This document shows, one piece after another, positions 52,322-62,300 of a stretch of 64,000 nucleotides of DNA. The stretch covers positions 1,226-65,225 of the forward strand of contig JAJRVJ010000009.1 in assembly GCA_024277435.1 (NCBI GenBank), written 5' to 3'. Position numbers and translations under genes: made by a program. Origin of the DNA: Patescibacteria group bacterium (GTDB lineage Bacteria > Patescibacteriota > Patescibacteriia > UBA9570). The notes under the pieces were generated by a model, which saw only the letters and a program-made list of their open reading frames with translations, was not told the DNA's origin and made no database searches. Position 1 is the first letter of the stretch. Each line of letters begins with the position of its first letter.

Positions 52322-53692
52322 ATGAAAGTTGCTAGTCACATTTATAAAGCCTACGATATTCGAGGCATCTACGGAACAGAACTTACTGAAGAAGTTACTT
52401 ATAAAACTGCTCGAGCGTACGCTCAGCTCATGAAAAAAGAAAACGCGGATACACAATTAACAATAGCTGTTGGCGCTGATATGCGCATATCAACCCCTGT
52501 ATTGCAACCCGAAGTACTTCGTGGCTTAACTGATGAAGGTATTAACGTTGTTGATGTTGGATTAGTATCCACACCCGCATTTTACTATGCCGTTGCCAAA
52601 TATGAATACGATGGTGGGATTATGGTTACTGCCTCCCATAACCCTAAAGAATATAATGGATTAAAATTTGTGCGTGCTGACGTAAAGCCAGTAAGTATGG
52701 ATAATGGTATTGCGAAAATTCGAGACGCAGTAATTGCTGATAATCTGGGTGATATCATTGGTGGTGGAACAGTAGAAAAAAAAGACGGAATTGTTGAGGA
52801 ACATGCTAAATATGAAGTGGACTGGGTAGGTATCAATAATATTAAACCACTACGCATAATAGCTGATGCCGCAAACTCAATGGGTGCCACATACGTACGT
52901 GCTATGTTCTCACATCTACCCTGTGAATTAATTGAAATGAACTTCGAACTCGATGGAAATATGCCCTCTCATGAAGCTGATCAATTCAAGGAAGAAAATA
53001 ATGCAGCATTAATGCAGCAAGTTGTAGAGCGTAAAGCTGATTTAGGAATTGCTACCGATGGTGATGGTGACCGAATCTTTTTTATCGACAGTGAAGGAAA
53101 TATGATTGAGCCTGCTATTATCCGTGGATTAATTGCTCAATTAGTACTAGAACGTGAACCAGGATCAACTATTTGTTACGATATTCGCCCAGGACGCATT
53201 ACCCGAGACATGATTATAGAGGCTGGCGGAAAACCATCAGTAACTAAAGTAGGACATTCATTTATTAAAGCTCAAGCCATTGAGGAAGGCGCTGCCTTTG
53301 CTGGTGAATCTTCCGGACATTTCTTTATGCGTACAGAATTAGGTGTATTTGAAACACCGGTTATCGTAGCCATGATGTTATTACAATACTTCAGCAGAAG
53401 TAATGAATCTATCGCCGATCAAGTACGGCCATTTAGAAAATACTCACACTCTGGTGAAATTAATTCTGAAGTTGAAGAAAAAGAAACTATGGTACAAAAA
53501 CTAAAAGATACATACGGTAAGGATGCTAAAAACGTATCTGAACTGGATGGCATTACAATTGAATATGAAGACTACTGGTTTAATGTACGACCTTCCAATA
53601 CAGAATCCGTATTACGATTAAATTTAGAAGCTATTTCCGAAGAAGTACAAAAGCAAAAGACTAAGGAAATCCTTAGTATCATTCGAGGTTAA
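52322..53692 (+). CDS. Phosphomannomutase/phosphoglucomutase (alpha-D-phosphohexomutase)
   Basis: Active-site TASHNPKEYNG, metal loop DGDGDR and sugar-binding GESSGH. Confidence 0.88.
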   Translation: MKVASHIYKAYDIRGIYGTELTEEVTYKTARAYAQLMKKENADTQLTIAVGADMRISTPVLQPEVLRGLTDEGINVVDVGLVSTPAFYYAVAKYEYDGGIMVTASHNPKEYNGLKFVRADVKPVSMDNGIAKIRDAVIADNLGDIIGGGTVEKKDGIVEEHAKYEVDWVGINNIKPLRIIADAANSMGATYVRAMFSHLPCELIEMNFELDGNMPSHEADQFKEENNAALMQQVVERKADLGIATDGDGDRIFFIDSEGNMIEPAIIRGLIAQLVLEREPGSTICYDIRPGRITRDMIIEAGGKPSVTKVGHSFIKAQAIEEGAAFAGESSGHFFMRTELGVFETPVIVAMMLLQYFSRSNESIADQVRPFRKYSHSGEINSEVEEKETMVQKLKDTYGKDAKNVSELDGITIEYEDYWFNVRPSNTESVLRLNLEAISEEVQKQKTKEILSIIRG

Positions 53693-53712
53693 TTTTCGAA
53701 GACATTAGCTAT

Positions 53713-55266
53713 ATGAAAACAGATCGCCCAATTGTATTCATTGTACTCGATGGATGGGGTATTGGTACGGATGATGCGCATAATGCCATCTTTCAAGCCA
53801 ACACTCCTACAATTGATTACTTCCTAGCGAACTATCCAAATAAAGCCATTGGTGCAGCCGGACCACATATTGGATTACCAGATGGCCATCCCGGTTCAAC
53901 TGAAATGGGACATATGATTATGGGAGCTGGACGTGATTTATTATTACCACAAATGCAATTACTTAATGCTATTAGCACTGGGGAGCTTCGTAATAATAAA
54001 GCTATTGTTACGGCTATGAAAAAAGCGAAGCAAGGTAATGGTCGCCTGCATCTATTAGGGTTATTGTCAGACGGCGGAATTCACACATACGATACAGCTT
54101 GTCATGAATTGATGGCGATTGCAAAAGAATATGATATTCCTGAAGTATACGTTCATATCATTGGTGATGGTAGAGATGCACCACCTAAATCTATTTCAAA
54201 ATACGTACATGTACTACAAAATAAAATGGCAACCGTTGATAATGCTAAAGTAGCAAGCCTACAAGGCCGCTGGTGGGTAATGGATCGTGATCATCGGTGG
54301 GAACGAATTGAAGCTGCCTATAAATTAATGGTACTTGGTGAAGGCTTACATACAGCTCATACAATTAATGAAGCAATTGATGCAGCCTATACTCGCGGTG
54401 AGAGTGATGAATTTATTCAACCAACCGTTATTGATCCTAATGGTAACATGCGCGACGGTGATGTAGTAATTAACTTCAACTTTCGAATTGATCGCGAAAT
54501 TGAAATCACCCAGGCGCTCATTGAAGAAGATTTTACACATTTCGAACGTCGTGACTGGCCAAAACTACACTATGTTGGCATGAGTAAGTATTATGAGGAA
54601 ATGAAAGCTCCTACTGCACTGGAACGCATTGAGCTGAAAGCCAAAAATATTCTTGGAGAAGTATTAAGTGATCGTGGCTATAAACAACTACGGCTTACCG
54701 AAACCGAAAAATGGGTATATGTAACAAAAATATTTAATGTAATGCGGGAAGATCCATTTCCTGGCGAAGAACGCATTTTAATTCCTTCAGATAAAGTTGC
54801 TACATACGATTTAAAACCCGAAATGCAAGCTATGTCTATTGCTAAAGAAGCTGTGAAGCATTTAAACGCCAAAGCCTTCGATACGTATGTGATTAATTTT
54901 CCAAACGCAGACATGTTAGGGCATACAGGAAATCATGAAGCGGCTATGCGTGGGATAGAGGTAATTGATGCAGCACTTAATGTAATTTTTCAAGAACTTC
55001 AGCAACAGAATGGTATTATGATTATTACTGCCGACCATGGTGATGCAGAAGTAATGTGGGATGAAGAATGGAATAGCCCACATACCTTTCATACAGATTC
55101 ATATGTACCATTTATATTGATAGATGAGCAACGTAAGCACATGCAACTACGTGACGCAGGAGCGCTTAAAGATTGCGCACCAACTATTTTAGATTTACTT
55201 GGAGAAGAAATTCCAGAAGAAATGACTGGGACAAGCTTGCTTATTCAAGAGAAAAAAGAAGGCTAA
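53713..55266 (+). CDS. gpmI: 2,3-bisphosphoglycerate-independent phosphoglycerate mutase
   Basis: PIVFIVLDGWGIG..., 517 aa, with iPGM similarity along the full length. Confidence 0.88.
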   Translation: MKTDRPIVFIVLDGWGIGTDDAHNAIFQANTPTIDYFLANYPNKAIGAAGPHIGLPDGHPGSTEMGHMIMGAGRDLLLPQMQLLNAISTGELRNNKAIVTAMKKAKQGNGRLHLLGLLSDGGIHTYDTACHELMAIAKEYDIPEVYVHIIGDGRDAPPKSISKYVHVLQNKMATVDNAKVASLQGRWWVMDRDHRWERIEAAYKLMVLGEGLHTAHTINEAIDAAYTRGESDEFIQPTVIDPNGNMRDGDVVINFNFRIDREIEITQALIEEDFTHFERRDWPKLHYVGMSKYYEEMKAPTALERIELKAKNILGEVLSDRGYKQLRLTETEKWVYVTKIFNVMREDPFPGEERILIPSDKVATYDLKPEMQAMSIAKEAVKHLNAKAFDTYVINFPNADMLGHTGNHEAAMRGIEVIDAALNVIFQELQQQNGIMIITADHGDAEVMWDEEWNSPHTFHTDSYVPFILIDEQRKHMQLRDAGALKDCAPTILDLLGEEIPEEMTGTSLLIQEKKEG

Positions 55267-55290
55267 TAACAACCTAATAAATCTATCATA

Positions 55291-55321
55291 AAAACCCATG
55301 CTAAAATATGGGGGTTTTTTT
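55291..55321 (+). terminator. Intrinsic terminator of gpmI (cccat-gctaaaat-atggg + T7)
   Basis: Hairpin followed by TTTTTTT. Confidence 0.6.
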
Positions 55322-55611
55322 GATATCTCAGATTACTACTATATACGCCCCTAGGCCATTAACGATATGGTTATTTTATAGTACACTCCCTGGTCATCTT
55401 AGGTAAGTTTCATAAGCACGCGTGACCAAATGATATCGTGCTCTTTTTCAACCGGGAGATTCCCCTCATGTGTACCGCTACTTCCAAGCGCTACTCTCTC
55501 TTCACTATCCTGCTCGGACTCTTCCGCATCCATAAGTATTTTATGCAATACTATTGTTATAGAGTATTTATGGATGTTGACAAAAAGTAGCAAATACATG
55601 ATTCTATATGC

Positions 55612-56352
55612 ATGATTGGTATATATGATTCAGGAATAGGTGGCTTAGGAATTTTCAAAAAAATCCGTGGAATTCTACCATATGAATCTATCACGTATTT
55701 TGCAGATTCTGCACATTTTCCTTTTGGCGATCGAGATAAAGATGAAATCCGATCAATTACACTTACCGCTTTACAGAAACTAGAACAAACCTGTGACGTT
55801 ATTATTATTGCCTGCAATACTGCTTCAGTGAACGATATCGATTACTATCGCAACAATATTACAGCGCCAATCATCGCTGTTGTACCCGTAATTAAAACTG
55901 CAGCTCATGTAACCGATACAAATCATATTGCTTTACTGGCAACTACATCAACCAATTCGGCATCATACACCGATAATCTCATTCAACAATTTGCTAATAC
56001 TGTAACTGTAGAAAAAATTAGCTGCTCCGGATTAGCGGATGCAGTTGAATATGATGATGTGAACAAACAACGTTTACTACTTGAAGATGCGCTTAAAAAC
56101 TTAGGTGATATTGATGTGATTGTGCTCGGCTGTACTCACTACACATTAATTAAAGGCTTGATTCAAAACATCGCTGGGCCAGAGGTAAAAATCCTTGATT
56201 CCAATACAGCAGTCGCCCGCCACGCATTACGAATTATGCATGAAACCAATGTTGAGCAACCACAAAATACTCCAGAATACATATTTCTAAGTAGTAATAC
56301 AGATGATGCTAGCTATCGAGAACGCATCACTGCAATTCTTCAAACATTATAA
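55612..56352 (+). CDS. murI: Glutamate racemase
   Basis: IGIYDSGIGGL and ...IIIACNTAS...VLGCTHY catalytic Cys motifs. Confidence 0.9.
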   Translation: MIGIYDSGIGGLGIFKKIRGILPYESITYFADSAHFPFGDRDKDEIRSITLTALQKLEQTCDVIIIACNTASVNDIDYYRNNITAPIIAVVPVIKTAAHVTDTNHIALLATTSTNSASYTDNLIQQFANTVTVEKISCSGLADAVEYDDVNKQRLLLEDALKNLGDIDVIVLGCTHYTLIKGLIQNIAGPEVKILDSNTAVARHALRIMHETNVEQPQNTPEYIFLSSNTDDASYRERITAILQTL

Positions 56353-57639
56353 CGCCTTTACCAGCTTCACAAACTGTTTACCACGTGCAAACTCGTTCAT
56401 ATGCGGTAACCATGTAACACCTGGAGATAGTAAAATAATATCTCCTTTTTTAGATACTTCCCAAGCCTGCTGAACAGCATCTTTCATATCAATAGTAAGT
56501 GTACCTTCTGGAAATTGATCATTTGCATTACCGGGCTGTAGTAAGAACAAATGTTTCACGCTCTTCTCAATTTCTTTACGCAATTCACCTAATGGAAGCT
56601 GTTTGGAATTACCACCAGCTATTAAAATTACTTTCTTTTTAAATGAACGTAGTGCAGCAATGGCTGCATCAGGAGTAGTAGCGGTAGTATCATTATAAAA
56701 CTCTCGGCCTTTGTATGTACGAATCAATTCTAAACGATCTGGCACGCCTGCAAAATTTCTAATCACTTTCTTCATCTTTGCATCGGAAACACCCATTTGT
56801 TTACCTACCTCATATGCCGCAGCCACATTACTATGGTTGTGCTCACCCCGCAACTTCATATTCTTCACCTTCTTTTTCGCAAACATAATCACTTCAGCCG
56901 TGGTTAATGTAACCATCTTCTTTACCACCTCATCATTAGTATTAAGAATTGCTATATCATTATAGGTTTGCCCTAAGAAAATGCGCTCCTTATCTTTACG
57001 ATATGCCGCCATGCTTGGATACGCATTCATATGATCCTTCAAGAAGTTAGTAAACAGAGCAATATGAAAGGATGGATTCTGCAAATCTCGGAGCAACCAA
57101 CTTGATAGCTCCAATACAATAATATGACCAGATCGTACTTTCGATAAAAACTTCAACGGTGATACACCAATATTACCACCAACATGTACGGCATCTTTCC
57201 CATAATGTGCGCGCAAAATCTCACCAGTTAACGCTGTAGCAGTACTTTTCCCACGCGTACCAGTGATAGCGATAATTGGCACTTCCATGGAAGAATATTT
57301 TTTACGTAGTTCATTAATGAATATTCCAACATCATTTGTAATTGGCTTTTTGAGTTTATGCGCTAATTGTATATATTCTGATGAGTCAGGTACACCCGGA
57401 TTACGCACAATTAAACGCGCAGATCGAATATCAGATTTGCGATGCCTCCCTAATACCAATTCTACATTCTTATACTTTTTGAGTTTACGCAAGGTTGGTT
57501 GATGTAATTGATCAGCTGTTTTACTATCCGTAATAACAACTTTTTCTCCTTGCCTCTTTTGGCTTTGCCGAGCAAACCACAAAGCCGCTACTGTACCACT
57601 ACCCGTTGGATAACTACCTAAGCCAAAAATGAGAACCAT
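56347..57639 (-). CDS. murD: UDP-N-acetylmuramoyl-L-alanine--D-glutamate ligase
   Basis: Mur ligase pattern with P-loop IIAITGTRGKST and MurD-like N- and C-terminal domains. Confidence 0.85.
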   Translation of the reverse strand: MVLIFGLGSYPTGSGTVAALWFARQSQKRQGEKVVITDSKTADQLHQPTLRKLKKYKNVELVLGRHRKSDIRSARLIVRNPGVPDSSEYIQLAHKLKKPITNDVGIFINELRKKYSSMEVPIIAITGTRGKSTATALTGEILRAHYGKDAVHVGGNIGVSPLKFLSKVRSGHIIVLELSSWLLRDLQNPSFHIALFTNFLKDHMNAYPSMAAYRKDKERIFLGQTYNDIAILNTNDEVVKKMVTLTTAEVIMFAKKKVKNMKLRGEHNHSNVAAAYEVGKQMGVSDAKMKKVIRNFAGVPDRLELIRTYKGREFYNDTTATTPDAAIAALRSFKKKVILIAGGNSKQLPLGELRKEIEKSVKHLFLLQPGNANDQFPEGTLTIDMKDAVQQAWEVSKKGDIILLSPGVTWLPHMNEFARGKQFVKLVKAL

Positions 57640-57654
57640 AGTTATTCCCGATAA

Positions 57655-58638
57655 TTATATTACCCCTAACTTAGTTTTAACGTCATCAAGTGTTATTTGC
57701 GCAACAGTACTAGCCTTCTCTTTTCCAGCCTCAAGGATTTTTTGTAATTCTGCTGGATGATCAATAAGCTCATTATACTTTTCCTGAATTGGCCTTAAGA
57801 ATTCAATAATTGCTTCAGCTAATTCTTTCTTGAACCTACCATAACCTTGTCCAACATATAGTTGTTCAATTTCACCAATGGATTTAGCAGTAACAGCTGT
57901 ATAGATCGTAAGTAAATTTGTGAGAGCCGGTTTATCTGCAACCGCCTTAACCTCATCTCCAGAATCCGTAACTGCTCGCTTCACCTTTTTCATTACAACA
58001 TCTGGTGGGTCGATAAGTGAAATATAACCACGCTCAGTAGTTGCAGATTTACTCATTTTCTTTGTAGGATCATCTAAACTCATAATACGAGCGCCTTGCT
58101 TTGGATGCAGTACATCTGGAATACGAAATGTTTCACCATACCGTTGATTAAACCGCTCAGCAATATTGCGCGTTAGCTCTACATGCTGCTTTTGATCTTC
58201 CCCTACGGGCACCAAATGTGGTTGATACAATAAAATGTCAGCGGCCATCAACACCGGGTATGTAAATAATCCTACCGTAGAACGTTGCTTATGTTTAGCC
58301 TTCTTATCTTTATATTGCGTCATGCGCTCCAACTCACCCATATGAGAAAAACAATTCAATATCCACGCCAACTCGGTATGGGCTGATACATCAGATTGTT
58401 TAAACAATGTCACTTTATTTGGATCTAATCCAATAGCCACATACATTGCAGCTAACTGATGAATATTATCGTACAAATCCTGCGGATCTTGCGGAACAGT
58501 AATTGCATGATAATCCACAATGCAAAAAAATGCATCAGAAGAATCTTGCAAATCCTTCCATTGCCGAATGGCTCCAATATAATTACCTAAATGTAGGGCA
58601 CCACTAGGTTGGATGCCTGATAAAATTCGTTGTTTCAT
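57655..58638 (-). CDS. trpS: Tryptophan--tRNA ligase
   Basis: ILSGIQPSGALHLGNYIGA (HIGH-like) and KMSKS. The ORF may extend to 58662. Confidence 0.9.
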   Translation of the reverse strand: MKQRILSGIQPSGALHLGNYIGAIRQWKDLQDSSDAFFCIVDYHAITVPQDPQDLYDNIHQLAAMYVAIGLDPNKVTLFKQSDVSAHTELAWILNCFSHMGELERMTQYKDKKAKHKQRSTVGLFTYPVLMAADILLYQPHLVPVGEDQKQHVELTRNIAERFNQRYGETFRIPDVLHPKQGARIMSLDDPTKKMSKSATTERGYISLIDPPDVVMKKVKRAVTDSGDEVKAVADKPALTNLLTIYTAVTAKSIGEIEQLYVGQGYGRFKKELAEAIIEFLRPIQEKYNELIDHPAELQKILEAGKEKASTVAQITLDDVKTKLGVI

Positions 58639-58661
58639 AGTGTACAGTATATCACATTCCA

Positions 58662-59303
58662 CTATACAAGCGGATCGGTACTAAACCCTTGCATATTATG
58701 TCGTAACTGCAGCGTAATTGCAAATAACAAACTTACTATAGCTATACCTGTTGATAATAAAAATATCCAGGTTGAATTAGACAGCGCCTCTTCTTGAGTA
58801 ACCTCAAATTGAGCGACTACTTCTTCATCACTACGCACTCCATTATATATGGTTTGCACATATGCTTCATACATACCATGATCTAGTTCATCAACAGGAA
58901 CCTCCACACTCCACACTCCATCTATATTTGCAGTTGTTGAAGTACGTATATAACTATTTGGGATAAGAATTGTTACCGCAGTACCTGGTTGCAATGCCTC
59001 TCCAGAAAAATAGATTACTGTTTCTTGATCCTTCTCTAAAAAACTATCTAATCCAATATATTGAATGGTATTTAATCGAACCGTATTATTAACAACCTCC
59101 TTTTGAGCAATGACAATATCATTTTGCTTAGCTTGAACGCTCATGTTAGGAATAATTTCTTGTTGCAAAATACGATTAGCCTCTTGTAGATCATTAACAG
59201 AAACTACTTGATATTCTTGGGTAGCAAAACCAACACTAGGCAATAATACGCTAAGTGCAATATATATTCCTATTATATATTTTAAATTTGCATTAATTTG
59301 CAT
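58662..59303 (-). CDS. Secreted hypothetical protein sharing the C-terminal anchor module (..EE.LSN.TW-TM-LQLR) with the adjacent giant protein
   Basis: Signal peptide. C-terminus AQFEVTQEEALSNSTWIFLLSTGIAIVSLLFAITLQLRHN matches the giant protein's ARFVIEEETRLSNTTWLVIINIIVALIALMVSIILQLRKQ. Confidence 0.55.
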   Translation of the reverse strand: MQINANLKYIIGIYIALSVLLPSVGFATQEYQVVSVNDLQEANRILQQEIIPNMSVQAKQNDIVIAQKEVVNNTVRLNTIQYIGLDSFLEKDQETVIYFSGEALQPGTAVTILIPNSYIRTSTTANIDGVWSVEVPVDELDHGMYEAYVQTIYNGVRSDEEVVAQFEVTQEEALSNSTWIFLLSTGIAIVSLLFAITLQLRHNMQGFSTDPLV

Positions 59304-62300
59304 TGGAAATTTCTTGAAGTGAGCGAGTTCGTTGTTTTCGAAGTTGTAAAATAATCGATACCATCAAGGCTATCAACGCTACAATAATATTAATAATCAC
59401 TAACCATGTTGTATTCGATAGTCGCGTCTCTTCTTCAATAACAAACCGAGCTATCTCCACTTGATCTCCCTGTACACCATTTATTTGACTAGCTACATGA
59501 ACTGTATGCTCACCTTCTACAAGTAAGTTTGTTGGTAGCGTCATCTGCCAAGCGCCATCAGATGCTTGCGCAATTTGTACAATAGGATCGGAAAATACTG
59601 TAGTAGTAATTAATGCTGGTAGTTGTTTTAAAAATAATGGCTTCACATTCTCTTGTAGTGACGGCAATACACCAGCCAATACAATTGAAGTATCTTGATC
59701 TTGATTAGGCTGCGGCTTTCTTAATACCCAAGCCACGATATCAGCAATGGTAATTGTACGTTGAATAGTTACCACAGGGATATCATCATCACTAACCGTT
59801 GCATTCGCACCAACGTTGATTGAAAATAATGTTTCACGCATATCCAATGTTAGGCCGCCTTGGAAGAAAAATGACTGCAATTCAGATAGTGCAATAACTG
59901 GCTCTGTAAGGGCATATGTCGTTGGCTCTTCTGTACCAGTTGCGTCGTATGTTGAGGAAGCGGTATCTTGGGCAGTATCTTGCGCTGAGTTCACATCAAT
60001 TTCAATGGATAAATCACCATCCAATTGATCAATAATTCCATCATTATCGGTATCACTAGTTGTAGGATCTGTACCTAACGTATCTTCAACGGCATCAAGT
60101 AAGCCATCATCATCAGAATCCTTATCATTAGGATCTGAGCCCTTATCAACCTCTTCACCATCCGATAATTCATCATCATCACTATCCTCATCTACTGGAT
60201 CAGTACCAGCTTCTGATTCTTCATTATCATCTAGGCCATCACCGTCGGTGTCGGCATCTGTAGGATTAGTACCAGCTGCTAGCTCATCTGCATCATTAAT
60301 ACCATCACCATCGGTGTCGGCGTTAGTAGGATCAGTTCCTAAACTAAGCTCATCTGCATCATTAATACCATCACCATCGGTGTCGACTGATAATGGATTT
60401 GTACCAAGTAAAACTTCATCACTATCAGAAATACCATCACCATCGGTGTCGGCGTTAGTAGGATCAGTTCCTAATTCATCTTCTTGATCTCCGCCAATCC
60501 AATCATCGTCTTCATCATCTTCTCCTGGGTTATCAATTTCCTCCTCAATACCGTCAGAAATACCATCTCCATCACTATCAGCATTTGTTGGATCTGTTCC
60601 TGCATCTTGCTCATCGCTATCAGAAATACCATCACCGTCGGTGTCGGCATCTGTAGGATTAGTACCAGCTGCTAGCTCGTCGCCATCGGAAATACCATCA
60701 TTATCGCTGTCCATCGCTAACGGATTACTGAGCGCAATAACTTCATCACCATCCGAGATGCCATCGCTATCGCTATCAGTATTAGTAGGATCGGTTCCTA
60801 AATCTACTTCTTCACCATCAGTAAGTCCATCGCCATCGGTGTCGGCATTAGTAGAATCGGTACTATATAATGGCTCATCATAATCACTTAACCCATCATC
60901 ATCAGCGTCATCATCAATTGGGCTAGGATCTTCACCATCGGGTATTCCATCGCCATCAGAATCATTACTCCCTGGCTCAGTCCCTAATATAATTTCTAAA
61001 CCATCACCCAAACCATCGTTATCTGTATCGGCATTTACAGGATCGGTACCATTTTGTATTTCCTGACCATCAGTAATACCATCACCATCAGAATCACTTT
61101 GATTAACATCTGTGCCAAGATCCCGCTCTATATCATCATCTACACCATCATTATCGGCATCAGTATCGGTAACATCTGGAATACCATCACTATCAGTATC
61201 GGGCAAGTCACTACTATCATCAACATCAACTAGCTCTATAACCACACCCGGATCATCATCTTCACCGTCATTAATACCATCATTATCAGTATCAGGATTA
61301 TCTGGTAATGTACCTTGATTAATTTCCTCTTGATCACTCACACCATCACCGTCGGTGTCGGCGTTAGTAGGATCAGTACCCAAGTCTTGCTCTTCTTGAT
61401 CTGTTAAACCATCATTATCAGAATCAATATCTGTATCATCAACGGGAGCGTCGTCAATAACCGGCGTATCATCAACTTGATCGCTAGCGTCTGTTGCGTC
61501 ATCTGTATCAGTTGCATCGTCTACCTGACCATCAACATCATCAGTGGTATCAATAGCATCCACTGGAAGTGTACTTACTACTGGCGCTGGTTTATATGTA
61601 ATAATACTTAATGATGTAAAAACAGATTTAAATAAATTTGGACTAATGCCTCGTAAATAAAACTGCTGTGTGCCTGTACTTGTTCCAATATATTGATTCA
61701 AATTAATAGTTGCGCCATTATTTACCGATACTCTTTCAAACAATAGTTGTTTATTCTTATCAAACAACTGAATCAGATAATCATTAGGAGCTGCAACAGT
61801 TAAATTAATCGTACTATCTAATGAATGACGTGAACCCTCTTCTGGAGCAATGATGCCTGGTTGCACTGGTTTATGAATTGACCATACTTTGACCTTATAA
61901 TCTTGAATTACCTTACCCTTACCACCAGTTTCTTTAATGGTTAATTCCACTGGCCCTTTGGGCCATGGGAATAATGTGAATTTATTACTACCCGAAATCA
62001 CACCTTGTCCCGTATTATCAGTTGGCCCCTCTAATGTATATGGGCCACCAAGAAAATCAGCGGACATTGTTAGCGTACTGCCCGGATTATACTTAAGGTA
62101 TGCCAATGTTGGATTTTTTGCAGTAGTAACACGCTGGCCACTACGCTGATCTAATGAAAGTACATTACTCACTCCATCCGCTACAATCATTTCCAGAGTG
62201 TTAGTAACATTTTTGCCATTAGTAGCTTTAATCTCTAAATCATACACCCCAGCCCCCACAAAAAATGGCATGGCACACGATGCTAGATTACTCGCATCAA

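Noticed and set aside
60248-61318. Plus-strand Ser/Pro-rich ORFs (60248-60487, 60641-60883, 61112-61318) with internally repetitive sequence
   Set aside because: They are the antisense reading of the Asp-rich TSP3 repeats of the giant minus-strand gene (GAT/GAC read backwards gives ATC/GTC codons). They have no independent start context.
60010-61560. CRISPR-like regular repeats
   Set aside because: The repeats are in-frame coding units of 66 bp without unique spacers, inside a long ORF. No cas genes are present.
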